Shown: in pieces, positions 12,149 to 25,383 of the stretch
Layout: each line of letters begins with the position of its first letter
Position numbering within the stretch: the stretch's first letter is position 1
Assembly: GCF_036321535.1 (NCBI RefSeq)
Contig: NC_087436.1
Coordinates: forward strand, 95,730,001 to 95,794,000
Direction of reading: 5' to 3'
DNA: 64,000 nucleotides
From: Camelus dromedarius
Taxonomy: Eukaryota
Notes under the pieces: model-generated
Database searches by the model: none
Told to the model about the DNA's origin: nothing
What the model saw: the letters and a program-made list of their open reading frames with translations, nothing else
Made by a program: the position numbers and the translations under genes

Positions 12149-12212
12149 CTCTCTCTTGCTCTCTCTCACACACACACGGACACGGACACACACACACACA
12201 CACACACACACA
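12149..12212. repeat. Compound (CT)n(CA)n microsatellite
   Basis: Read directly. Confidence 0.9.
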
Positions 12213-14189
12213 GAGCCATGTCTATGGGCATCCAACCAAGCACCTGATGCCGCCTGATACTGACTACCGACAAACAAGGAAAGCTCCTGAACTGAGAAGG
12301 TGGTAACTTCACTTGGGAAGAGAGGATATAAGAAGCATTTAAAAATAAGCCCAAGGTAATAGTAAGTGTGGGTCTCTAGCACTCATATTCCAAAAGCCAA
12401 AACCTTATTTTTTAAAAGGTTTACAACAATTTATTTTAAATTCTTGTTTCAGTACTTACACAGCCATTTTCTCTAAAAATTCTGTTAGGTTAGATCAGCA
12501 ACAATGGGGTCAGAGACAGAAGAGAACAGAGAATCACAGCCCTATCTGCCCAGTCACTAGGTCAAAGTTTAATTATAGTTCAGCTGGGTTTTCAGAGTTA
12601 CAAAACAGCTAAGTAATGGAACTGTTTACTGAACAACCCTCCTCTGCACATAAGATATGCAGAAATGAGCCAAAACCCAAATGTCACCCACACAGATGAG
12701 TGAATACGAAACAATGCCTGAGTTGCCTTCCTTCCCATAATAGTAACAGTGATGAAAAAACCACTCGTGTGAAAAACAACCCCAAAGTGCACAAGTGAGT
12801 GAGCTGTTCACGTTTGAACTTTCTCCCAGTGAGTAAGCTTGATGGAGGCAGGGCCAAAGAGGGGGTCAGAAGGCAGAGGCTGCTGCTACCCCAGCTATGA
12901 AGCCCCAGTGTGAACCTGAGAATTCAATCACCATATTAAAAAAGCCAGCATGATCAGAACACACATTTGGAGAATGAAATTGGTCTTTATAAAAGCAGAA
13001 ACTGACTCTTCACTGCATTTCCCTAAGAAATTCCAACGGAGTTAAAAAAATCAATGAAAACCTCATTTCCCTTGATAGCATCCCATTAGCATTCAAACAC
13101 AGGCGACTCCTATCTTCCCTGAAATCAACTTTCAAAAACCATGTTTACTTTCTCACCATTCCCAGCAATCTTATTTTCTCTTCCTTAAGATTAATTTTTC
13201 AGCTTCCTGATTTTCAATTTAATTCAATGGCTAATACTAATTAGGCACAAAGTCATTCTAGGCTGAAAAACTAGTTATACATATTGTATATGTGGCGTGT
13301 GTGCACGCACGCAGTCGACTGTACTGATGTGACCCTCTGCTGTCCCTCAGAGGACCACGAGGTCAGCAGGGATTATCTATTCCACAGTCAAGAAAACTGA
13401 CTCAGAGGATTTGAGTCAGTCCTCCAGCGGAGCTGGGCTGGTGACTCCTTGAATGACCTTGAGCAAGTTACTTGCCCTCTCCTGGCCTCAGTTCCTGGCC
13501 TCCAACATGAGGGTGATAACCACGGCCTCCCAGCACCGCTGTGGGAATTGTGAGACACATGCCTGGCAGCCAGTTGAGCTGGTGCCCACTTGGCTTCCAC
13601 ATGCTTGTCGCAAAATCTCTCACACTCAACCTTGTGCTGCAGCAAAATCACAAGGGGTGCCACATCATGGAACTTCTGAACAGTTCAAACAGAGTCAAAA
13701 CCGCACACAATAAAACCGAGATTGCTGTGGCATGGGTGTGTAATTACAAATATGGTGCAGAATAAATGTCATTCACACAACTTTCCTTCTTCCACAGAGA
13801 TTTTTAAATGAGCTCCCAACCTGGAAAACCTGGGAATGGAACCTCTGGCCTTTGATGCAGATTGACGCACAGCTAAGGTTAATGGCTCTCAGCTGTGCAC
13901 AAGGCAGAGCGCTGTTTCAGGCTTCCATTAATCCCTAGGAACCATCCCGGGTCATAATCATCTTTGCTTAATTGCATCATTATCTCCTGGCTGCCAAAAC
14001 ACTTGGAGCCCTTGACTTTGCAGTTGTGCCTGGGAATGTATGCCCGACTATGGCAGTGTGTGGCTGCTGGTGACAGGAGAGCCCTGGTCCTCGAACAACG
14101 CTTCTTCACGTTGCTGCACCTTCTTATAACCGAAACTATAAAAGGCTTCCTGGTATTCTACCAACTCGATGAATTAACAACCGTGTTAA

Positions 14190-14440
14190 TCCATTCATCA
14201 TGTGTTGGGTATCCAGTTACTTGCAAGTTTTTGTTGTTATAAAAGACAACTCTCAACATGCTCATATGTATGGCTTTTCCCATATTTTGGATTATTTCCT
14301 AAGCATATATTCCAAGAAATGGGATTACTGAGGCAAAGGGTATGAATACTGGCCCATGAAATACATTACCAAATTGCTTCCCAAATGGGAATAATCAACA
14401 TACAATGCCATTAGCAACATAAGAATGTGCCAGATACAGT
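14190..14440 (-). mobile_element. Old L1 (L1ME-like) fragment
   Basis: atttcctaagcatatattccaagaaatgggattactgaggcaaagggtatgaa...ccaaattgctt typical of antisense L1. Confidence 0.6.
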
Positions 14441-14984
14441 ATATCCATTTCTGTTCTTGGCCCCTCTGCTCTTCAGTGTTTCTCTGCTGTCTGTGGACAC
14501 TCTGTAATGAGGCCATTTACCCTGCCAGCTGCAGAACTAGTCACATACTTTCCGCCCCGCACCCGAACCCCCGAGCCTGGCGGTCTTGGTGGCGTACCAA
14601 GGGCTGCAGGCAGTCCTCCCGTATCGGAAATAAGGGCGCAGTGTCTGCAGTGAACTTAAAGACAATAATAAACCCAACCAAAAGGTGATCTGCTTTTTAT
14701 TATCCCCACATGCCAGCACTTCTAAGCAATGCCAGTGGTAACATACTCCTCCCTGCGTACCCCACCCTCTGTACGGCACTGACTGGACTTTTAGAAAACT
14801 AATTCTCAACAGCGCAAACCGCCCAAGCACGAGGGCTCCTCCCACAGCAGAAGGGGCAGCCTGGCCACTGGGACTGCAGAGAGCGTCTTCTGAACAAAGA
14901 GACTTTGTGAAGATCCTGGCTTCTCTCCTACAAGCTCAACTAGAGCAGAGGATCGCCTGGTGTGTTCATTCCGGAGTGGCCACG

Positions 14985-15140
14985 ACACAGCTTTCTGATG
15001 CTCCCTGCATGTGGATCCCCTGGGGCTCTCGCTGAAAACGCAGGTTCTGACTGAGCAGGTCTGGGGAAGGGCCCTGATTCTGCAGAAGTTCCTACACGTT
15101 AAGATGCCGGTGCTGGTCTGGGGCCTGACTTTGAACACGG
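14985..15140. mobile_element. MER5A-like MITE
   Basis: aaaacgcaggttctgactgagcaggtctgggg...gatgccggtgctggtct...actttga. Confidence 0.55.
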
Positions 15141-16104
15141 CCCAAAGGATGCTGGAAGTAGGCTGCTCACCCTGCCTCCCAAGCCCCTCCACCTGTTCTC
15201 CTCCCCACATGGAACTGGGGCTGCACAGGCAGATGGCACTCGCTGCTCCGAGACCTCGACCTTGACCCTCCTTTCTCTTCCCTTCGGTTTATTCCCCGGG
15301 CTTCCCCCCTTCTTCTGAGGGGATTTTTATGGCTTACATTCAACTGACAGTTAAGTCACACTGAGGAGCTACCACAGAGCCTTCAGACCCTGCCTCTGCA
15401 TCCTGGGCTCTGGAAGGTCTGGACCTGCCCACCCCCTGCCCCGCCGACGGCTGCTCCTGCCCATCTGTGCCGAGCGGGAGCGCCAGGGCCCTGCCCTTGG
15501 TTACTGTCTCCCAGCGGGATGTGGACTGTGCCCAGCCACTCAGGCTGAGGCCCCCACAGAGGGGCATTTAATGAGATGGGGCTGTGGCTATCACAGAGGC
15601 CCACCCCGACTGTGCCCCTCCACATACAGGACAACACACTCCGCCGTGTGCAGGGAAAGCAGCTACCACACCCACCCTGGGGACGCCAAGATTCCAGCCT
15701 GAGGGCTCCCCGAAGGCTGCAGAGAAATCGCACTGCACCTCAGGCCTCATCTCTGAGAAGAACTTGAGACCAGCGCACCCTCTGCAGGGAGGGGAGGGGA
15801 GAGGAGAGGAGGCAGCCGGAAGGCAGAAAGCCAGCCCTCAGAGGTCAAGTTCCAGATGGAACACGTGGGAGGGAAGGAGGGAGGGCAGAGAGCTGCCTGC
15901 CGTTATGTCTTGTTTCCCATTGGGACTTGTGGCAGGATGAAGACCTGGACCTCAAGATGGAGATTTGTGTTCCCCACACTCCACTTCCAATGCCCTCGCC
16001 TCCCGGGAAAAAACTGCACCCTGCGGGGCACCCAGAACTCTCGCTCCCGTACCTTGGTGTATCCAGTGAAGTACGGAGGGAGCCGAGTGACTACAGCCCT
16101 GGAC

Positions 16105-16280
16105 CAAGGCTGTCCCACTGTGTGCTGTCAATAAAGCCGCACTGCAGCACGGTCACTGCATTCCGACACATACCGGCTGTGGTTGCCTTCAGGCTGCAGG
16201 TGACCTTATGTGTCCTTACGGCCCTCACAGCCTAAAACGCTTCCTCTCCGGCCCCTGCAGAAAGGTGTGGCCACCCCATC
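16105..16280 (+). mobile_element. MER58A-like hAT MITE, GC-shifted
   Basis: aataaag...agcctaaaa...ggcccctgcagaaaggtgtggccacccc collinear with recalled MER58A. Confidence 0.55.
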
Positions 16281-18321
16281 TTCTCAGCACACTCTTCAGG
16301 CCCCACCCAACTCAACCCACAACTGCTGCCAGCCCTGCTCCCTGCACACTCCTTGCATGGCCCGGCACCGCCCTTGCACGAGCACTGCTGGAGCTCACAC
16401 CACACTTGAAATTACTGGGTCACACACTCGTTTCCTGCACAGGATGGGCTTCGGTGTCCAAGAGCACAGCACACTCTTGGCTCTGTCCCTCTGCACAAGG
16501 TGCTGGGGATGTCACTCCCTCTGAGCCCAGGGACCCATCTATACAAATGGGGATAATGATGCCATACACCATGCCCCAGGGGTGTTAAGGAACCAGCGGA
16601 GTAAAGGATGCCAGGTTCCAAACAGAAGCCATTCAGGGACACACACAAAACTGTCCTCTCTCCACACTGCGTCTCTTTCTATACTTCCAACATGTGAAGG
16701 CAGCCTTGTAGACTCAGTAAGTATCCTTTACAGAAAAGGGGAGGGAAACGGAATTTTTTTTTTCTGTGCTCAACATCCAGGAGGTAAACAACATCAGGGA
16801 GGCTGCCTGCCGTAGAGCCAGGCCCCAGGCTCCAGGTCAGGGCACTCACTGGCGTGGAGTGCAGTTTAGGGAACCAAGGCTCGGGCGTCTGCCCCTGCAG
16901 CCAAAACACGGAAGTGCACGCAATGAAAGCTCAAAAAGGGAGTAAATGCATGTAAGTATCAGAAAGTAAAGAAGTAAAGGGTGGAGAATTCAGTCTCAGA
17001 ATACGGGTTAAAATACAGCAAACCGATGAACAACACCCTGTGGCACATGGTGGGGCAGAGCAGCCACTGGGCGTTTGAAGGTCTGAGAGGGCCTGAGTCT
17101 GCAACCCCACCTTTCCACTTCGCAGAGGCGTGGCTGTGGGAAGCTAATTAACCACTCAGCCCTAGGTTGCTAGTGGGTTAAAACCACCTGCCCTCTCAGG
17201 AACACAGTCATGATCAAATGAGATCATGTGTGTATGTGCAGATTCACACAGAACCTGCCAAAGAGCATGGCCTCAACAAGCCAGAGCTATTCACACAGAG
17301 AAAGGCACCAGGGAAGGAAAAGCCTCTCCTTGAACAAAGGGGACAGGGCAGAGAGGAGAGAGCTGCTCCCTCACACAGGCACATGAGAGTGGCACCCTGG
17401 GGGGCCCTCTCCCCTTTCCAGGCCAGACTTGCCTCCTTCTCAGGGCTCAGCACCTAAGAAAGGGTAGCAGACAAAACCACAAATGCTGCAACTGGGTGCA
17501 ACCCACCACTCTTGGACTGTCAGAAATCCTAAGGAGGACTTTTTAAAACATAGTTTTATCCCACAACTTGTTTTTACCTTATTGCTCTACATTTGGAGCA
17601 GGTGAGGTTAGTTCTAGGCTTCTGAGGCCCGACGCAGAGATCTCTTTCCGAGCACCCAGCCACCCGGCCTCTGCACACTTCCGAAGGTGACCTCACCTTC
17701 TGCACAGCAGCTCAGTCCTGCACGGTCAGCAATCATTACAGAGTCAAAATGCTCCCACTCCTAGCCCAGACCACTGGTCTAGCTGCAATGACCAGCTCGC
17801 TTCACCCTCAGCCTTTCACATTTCAGAGTTATGGTTCTACTGAACACAGAAACCAGAGGTACTGAGACCACAGATGTGGAATTGAAGTCTATTAAAAACA
17901 CACACACATCATGGAACAAACCTATAGAATATACTCATCACAACTCTGTATCAACAAGTTATTTTTAGAAAATTCCAGTTAAAACCATTCAGCACAAATA
18001 TCTTAGCACTCATTTTACAAAAGCCTACGTTGAATAAAAATGTATGTATTTCAGAAGAACAAATGACGAGGGGTGTAGACTTAATTGTAAGAAAGTACTG
18101 ATGGTTTGTGCTGGTTACCACATGCACACACTCACAGCACACGCACACTCGGACACACATTGAATCACGGAACACGTAACTGCGACGTGCCTCCCACACA
18201 CTGAGCAATGCTGCTCAGGACACAGAGTGGTAAGAAACAGCTCCCACTCAAAGGAAGGAGAAACTCAGCTCTGCACATCCAGGATCGCTGGAGCGTTCAG
18301 AGTGTCCGGGCTGAGTCATAC

Positions 18322-18491
18322 CTGACTGATGGTCTTTTCCATCTGCACCAAGCCCAGGTTGGGGAGTGTGCTTTTAATAAAGTCAACTATGGTTTCTAGG
18401 TTTTCGTGCTGCAGAATCAAGGGCTTATGACTTCCCAACAGACTTAAAGCCACTTTAAATATGACCTCTGATCCCTGAAGAAAGATCATAT
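18322..18491 (-). CDS. TBC1D1: TBC1D1 coding exon (170 bp, phase 1-0): (D)[15 protein letters not shown]...MEKTISQ
   Basis: tttctccag acceptor, GTATGA donor; frame consistent. Confidence 0.97.
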
Positions 18492-21400
18492 CTGGAGAAA
18501 CACAGAAAATCAGAAAGTTAAACCAAGACCATTTCCAGTCCATTTCCCTTCCCAGATGTTGAGGAGGACAGTGGGACATGCAACCCCGAAGTGCAAGATG
18601 CTGATGTGTCAGATACAGCTGTCAAGGTGATGCTGCAAATAATAAATGTATATATATATTTACACCAACATATTGCTGAGATTTGTCACAGGTTCAGATA
18701 AATCTTTTTCTGCTCCAAAAAAAAATTAAATTTAAAAATACTTCAAAAGTTGAATTGTGGAAAAGAAAACTTTTTATTAAGTCTATTTTTCCAGGAATTC
18801 TCTGGATTTCCAAGGAGTTTATTGCTAACACATATGTTTTCATGAGTAAAACAAAGATTTTAACAAATACTCCATCTTAATTTTTGACGCTGTTAAGGTG
18901 AAAAAAAAATGCCTTTTTCCTCTGCTTTGAAATAAGGGGTTGAATTAAAAGATCTCTAAAAACTGTTATAAGCCTGCAACCATTGCAAAAGTACATTATT
19001 AAATACTTACAAGGATACTGAATTTCAGCACAATAATGGAATAAAAAACATTGTTAACTCTGAAGAATTCAAAGAACTTTGTCAGTATTTTCTAGTTCAC
19101 GCCATACTTTTCTCTTAGAACGGTTAGCAAATGTTAACAATCCCCAGCCCGACTGTGCACAGGGAGAGGGAGGGCACGTGGCCCAGTAGCCAGCCCAGCC
19201 CTGGCCCCTCTTCCTCAGGGCTGAAGCCACCCAAAGACTCCAATGTCCTGGGGTCCACAGCCCCAGTAACTAATTGTTGGGTGACTGAATTCTGGAAAGT
19301 TACCCAACAACTGGAACAATAATGTAAGAAAAAATATAATTTTAAAAGATGAGAGAATAAATCTAATTAGAGGCAACTGTCAATATTTTTCTTTCTTTTT
19401 CTTTTTTTTTTTGGCTGCAGGAGAATGAAAGAGTCAAAGAAGCTGTAAAGTGGAATTTGCAAGTCAAGGAAGATAAAAGCAGGTGAGAAGAACCCCCAGC
19501 CTGTGCCTCCCTGGGTGGTTTAGGGGGTGACATGTCAAAGCCATTAAGAAACAAGCCACGTAGTGAAGGCCGGATGCCGCTGTGCAGACAGGAGAGGTGT
19601 CCCAGGGTGGTTTGCGGACGGTACTCAGGAGAGACCCAGGCGCTAGCTGGTGAGTTAGCCCTGGAGATGTCACGTGAGCGGATGTGATGCTGGCCTGGGT
19701 GCAGCCCTGAGAGCAGCTGCCCTTACAGAGCCCAGGACCACTGTTCCCACAACTGCAAACAGATCCTGGCTCAGGGCAGCCCTGGGAAACCAGAAAGGAC
19801 GGACGCTGCCTCCGCCTTAGGTATGGCTATGGGTGTGGGGGAGATAAACCGATCCTATCTGTGAAATTTGAGCTTCTTGAGGGAAGCAGGACCTGTATCC
19901 AGGCAGTGCTGTGGAAGACTACTCCTGTGAAACATCTGATACAGAAAAGACACAGTCTACCCATGTAACTCACCACTGTAGGAGCATAAAGATCTTAAAC
20001 AGCTCTATAATGCAAACATTTTTAAATAGAAATGATGTTTCCAAAAACAAAACAAAATTTGAAGTTTCTTTGGTTTAGACAGTAAAACTTCCTTTCAATG
20101 TATGAGTATTTGCAGCATAATAATAATTGATGGCATCTATCAGAATAAATATCAAAACGCTGTGCAGGGATCCTGGGGAACGGACTCTACTACCGGGCTA
20201 ATGACTTGCTATAGCTCAGACTCCGTGAGGCAAGTACCTTGCATTTGGACAGCCAATTAAAATAAACAGTGACTGGGAAATGTTCGTGAGCGTAATCAAA
20301 TATGCAATCCACATCCGCTGTCTCTTAAGATTAACAACTTGGGTCTTCAAAGTTTTATTCCTTTAGGATCTTGGTTTTTGTAACAAATCTACTTATGAGT
20401 AGAGTGCTTCCTGTGATTCTTAACTTTTCCAAACTGTATGAATTAAAAACAAAGGGAACTTTGGAGAGGTGTTTTTTTTTCCCTTTAATTCTCTTTTTGG
20501 TATGTTAAAAAAAAATAAATAACTACCCCTCAGCATGTTTATTTCATTTGGGGCTGTCTTTATTTAATATAATTAAAAAGAAATGTTTCTTTCCTAACCC
20601 TATTCTCAACACCTTAAGAGCACTCTTCTTACTGCTGTGAAGTTTCTTTAATTTAACAAGCACTCACTGAGCATCTAATACATGCCAAGTGTTGTACTGA
20701 GCAATGGGGAGTAAGCCATGAACAAAGCACAACAAAGAAACTGCAGAGACACCAACTACCACTTTGGTTGAGTTATGCCCAGGATGTTATAGGAACAAAT
20801 GGGAAGAAACTGCCCAAGGAAAGGTGACTGCCAAACCTCGCCTTGAAGAACCAACAGAAACTCGCTGGGTAAGAAGCCAGGGAGTGATGCCCAGAGCAGA
20901 AGGAAAAGAAGGTGGAAATGCAGAGAGGCCTGAAAGCACCACATCACGCGCAGGAGCCTGAAAGAGTAGGTAAGGCAAGAGCCCAGGCCGTGGGGCAAAG
21001 GGTGGGCCAGACCGAGAGGGGCTTTCTACCCGGGCCAGGCCCCTCCAGCTGTCTCAGAGCACGTGTACCAGGGCCACCGAAGGCTTTCTCTTTCTCTTTT
21101 CTGAGCAGGTCAGCGCATTCCTTGGCAAGATGATGCAAATGAGACGCAGGTTGTGGGTTTGAGCCTTGCAAGGGAGGGCTAGTTAGCTTTAGACAGGAAA
21201 GAGCCACTTTTTAAAAGCCACTGACAAGACCACGCTGATTCCCACCAGCAGATGCCCTCGTACTGCTGCCAGCCACAGGATGCCTGGAAGCCACCCCAGG
21301 GGCCCATCCTTCTGAAGACGAGCAAGCCGGCCGACGGTCTGCATGAGCGAGGCTGGAAGAGCTCAGCTCCAGAAGCTTCTGTTAGACTGAGGGGGCCTCA

Positions 21401-24400
21401 AATAAGGATTTCCTTTGGGGACACAATGAAGGAATGTGTCTGAAGGGTTGAAAGAAGGACTCCTCAAAGTTTTGCTGAGAGGAGGGGGCCCCTACATTTA
21501 TTTGATTGCACTTGGGGGCAATATCTATATCCCTTAAAGAGAATTAGCACCTTTTTCTTCCTCTGGAAATTTAAAAATTGAGTAATTTTTAAGTAGTAGG
21601 AAAGAAAAATGTTACCTATGAACCAACTGCTCCAACCCAATTATTGTCATGTTTGTCCATCTCTCAATCCTTACACATTTATATACTGGAATTTTTATGA
21701 AAAAACAATTTCCTTGGAAAAGTGAGTTAATTTCCTGCATTTGAAAATCACTGCATAGGGAAGTGAGCTGCTAAGCCTCCCAGTGGTGCAGCAGCCCTGC
21801 TCACAACCCTGAGGCCAACTTCCTTTCTTCTCTCCTTTTTCAAACCATGGAAACAGGCAAAGGGGTTTATCAGGAAGGAAGTAGAGGGAAACTTAAATTC
21901 ATCTGACTCCACCATTCTGCAAATTAATTGCTGAGAACATTGCAAATAACTACTTTGCTTTGAAGACACTGCAGCAGCCCTGTTATTGTGTAAACGTGCA
22001 TGGGAACCCTATCTGAAACTCCCCATGATACAAAAGCGCAATTTTCCTCTGGGGGGAAATGATCAATGCAAAGCACGCGGCCAGCAGATGAACTTATTCT
22101 GCATCTCTTTTCCAACTACCTTCGTCTTTGTCAAGAGCAATCTCTCTCCTTAACTCTGGGAGGTCGTAGTCCTCCAGCTGTGACACCCCCACATTCCTCC
22201 CAGGAACGGGGGGATGGGGGGAGCAGGGGAAAATGAAGGATGATGGCAGCCTTGCAGCAGGACAACAGCACAGATTCCACAGAGACTCACCTCATCACCA
22301 CAGCCCCATCACGTTCCCTGAAGAGCCGTTTCTCCTGGCCATCTAAACAATCTTGTTTTCCATCTTTTTAATTCTGAAGACTCTTGGCATTCTTCTCTAT
22401 ATTAGTCTTCTGTTTTTTGGCATGTGTGTGTGTGCGCGCGCACCAAACCCTCAGTTTCTCAACCCCACCTCCTCTCTCACCTACCTGGCAGCACATCCTA
22501 CAGAAAACATCAGGAGTCTAACAATACTACACAGCCTCTACCTCCACCAGGAGCAAACTAGGTCCTATTTCTCAGGCTTTTTCCCCAAAGGTAGACATCA
22601 TTAGAAGGTGAACAGAGAAAGCATCTCTCCTGGGACCCCTCTACACCTGAACTGGAAAAACATAAGAAGAGGTGCTTTTACCTTATGTTGACACCCGGAC
22701 AGAAGGACTGACATGGAGAGAGCTGTGACTAATCACCACGGGAGGGCTGAGGCACGCGCACCCCTGGCAGCTGCCCCTCCAAGTAGCACACACTTAATCT
22801 GAGGTAAGCTATTCATCTGTACGTGAGCTATGCCGACTGCGAGCTGAGAATCCCCTACTTACATACAAAACAGTGACTAGTTAACAAAAGTCCATTTGTT
22901 TTTCGCTTTTATCCAGGCATAAAGGCCTTATAATGAAATGGGCCTCAAGCCAAAAAAGCCTACAGTGTATGAATGGCAGGCTTTGGGATTTGAAACGAAG
23001 CTACCCACCACTGTGGAGCTAAAGGTCACTGATGCTAAATAGAGAAAAAAAAAAAAATTTAAACCTACCTTTTCTATGGAAACTACTATTAAAATGGTTT
23101 GCTTTTAAGTACTGATAGAGGAAGTGGACTGTGCAAAACCCCAGCTGCTTCTGGAAAACGACATTGCAACACAGTGCTGCCCTGGGTTGCCACCTCACGC
23201 CTATGATCTGAGGAGCCCTCAGCCCTCAGCCAGCCGGGCATGAACCCACTTAGTACAGCGGGGATCTGTGGGACCCAGGAATCACACAGAGACGGGCATC
23301 TTTATGCACAAGAAACACCAAGACCCACCGCTGCCTGACAGCCTAAAGAAAAAGACCCCGCTTTTAGTGGCTTCAGCTTTATTTATGAAGTCATTAGGAT
23401 GAGCTTCAGAGAGTCCCGAATACTCTGCAACAGGAGGGCTGTCATTTCCAAAGCAGAGTTCGTTTGTTTGTTTGTTGTTAATGCCACTTATGCAGTCTGA
23501 GGAAAGACTGGTTTCCCAGAGTTTATGGGCCCGGTGCCCAGAACTCTGCAGCGCGACCTCCCTGCCTGGGGCCGGGGCATCAGGAACTAGGCGCTGACCC
23601 TCTCGGCGCTTCCTGCTCAGCCCCCTTTGCAGAATTTTCTTCACAGTGTAACTCGATGCTTGAGCTGATTTCAAACCATTAATAGGACTCCCTCCTTCCC
23701 CTTTCAATCTTCGCTCCTCTCCATTACCCTCCTGAAAATTACAGCGAAGAATCCAGAGGAAAGTAAATAAGGAGACCACCGATCTGCTTTTAATTTCCAG
23801 ACTAAGTGAAAAACACAGAAATGCCTGGCAGGAAAGACTGAAGCCTACAGCTAGATACCTTGTAGTCTCTGTGACTCTTTTTTTCAGTAAACTAAGCAAA
23901 GAATTTTGAGGATTTTTTTTAAACTATGGTATAAAACATTCATAAAATCTCACTAATGATTTGTTTAACCAGGAAAAGAGTGTTAAGTATCGATCATTTT
24001 CAATGCTTATTTTTTTTTAAAGACAGAAAATAAACATCAATTTGGGGAGGGAGCTATGCAAAAGTGGGAGGAGGGTGGTGAATATTTTAAGAACAGACTC
24101 TCCCAGGACAGCCACGTGGGGAACGCTCTAACAGTTCTTGTGGACAGAACTGAATGACAGTAAGGATCTAGTACCCTGGGGAGAGAGGAGGAGAGAAAAC
24201 AGTGCCCACTTAAATTAAAAAGTGAATTTCAGGACTCATAGAATCCAGACAGATGAGTGGCCTGCCCAAAACTGCCTAAAATGACTCTCTTGACATCTGT
24301 GAACATTCCTTTTAAAAACATCTCTAAAAAAGTGTAAGAGTACAGGTTTTTAAGCTATTAAGTGACTGAACATAAATGGTACTTTAAAAGCACTTGATGT

Positions 24401-25223
24401 GTGGTAACTATCAATTATTTAATAACCTCCTCCACACTAAAAAAAATAAAAGGAACTTGAATTGTCAGCATTATGATTTCATTCTGAAGCGGGGAACTCT
24501 CACTGCACAAGGACTGACTGTGCTCACGGTGTCACTCTGCTCCTCATATCCCTGCCACGTCACCGTGTCAAGGCGGGTTTCTGAACTTTAAAATTTTTAA
24601 TTTTTTAAACTGAGGTACAATTGCAAGCAGTTTTGAGACTTTGCATGTGAATCCTTATTTAACTTTGATAGAGACAATCTTCTTTAAAAGTAAATCAGTA
24701 GAAGTGGAGATGGTTTGAAACGTGTCCCACCCCAGGGTTCTGGGGGCAGAGTGGGAAGACAAGGTGGGGACGGGTGAGAGCTGGCAGAGGAGAGGAAGGT
24801 GAGCCCGGGGCCACAGGGAGAGGAGGAGGGATGCAGAGGGAACCGGGAAGGAACGGTGGCCCAGGAGTCACCGCTTGAGAAGTCATGCAAGTGCCAGGCC
24901 AAAGAGGTCGAGGAAAACGACTCAGGAGAACCATCGCTGGACGGCGCGTCGGGCCCCCCAGCCAAGCCTTCACGCTGTCTGCCTGGTGGGGCTGCAACGG
25001 ATCTAAGTCCCACAAGAAGGCAGCTAAGGGGCCTGCTGATCATCAGAAGTCAAACAGGTCCTGGAACACACAGAACCTCATCATCTCCCCTAAACTGAGA
25101 ATGACGAACAGCACCCTTTCTTGCAGAAGACACAGGCATAAAAGAAGAGACCATGGAGTGACAACACTGGTCTCACCTAACACGAGAGCACTGGTTCTGG
25201 CAGACAGACTTACACACACTCAC

Positions 25224-25383
25224 CGAAGACTCTGGCCACGAATCCCAGCGGGAACTGGGAGGCAAACACAGTGAGGAACCAGGGCGCGGCGTACAAGCTG
25301 GGGCCGATCTCGTGCTCCTCCAGGTGGTTGTAGAGGTCTCGGTGGTAATCGTGGAGGAGCCTGGAGAGCTGGTACATCTGGAT
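25224..25383 (-). CDS. TBC1D1: TBC1D1 coding exon (160 bp, phase 0-1): [14 protein letters not shown]...PWFLTVF...ARVF
   Basis: ctgcag acceptor, GTGAGT donor; TBC WFLT motif. Confidence 0.97.

Noticed and set aside
23282..23899. 205-aa minus-strand ORF
   Set aside because: Non-ATG start, no recognisable domain, intronic; probably chance
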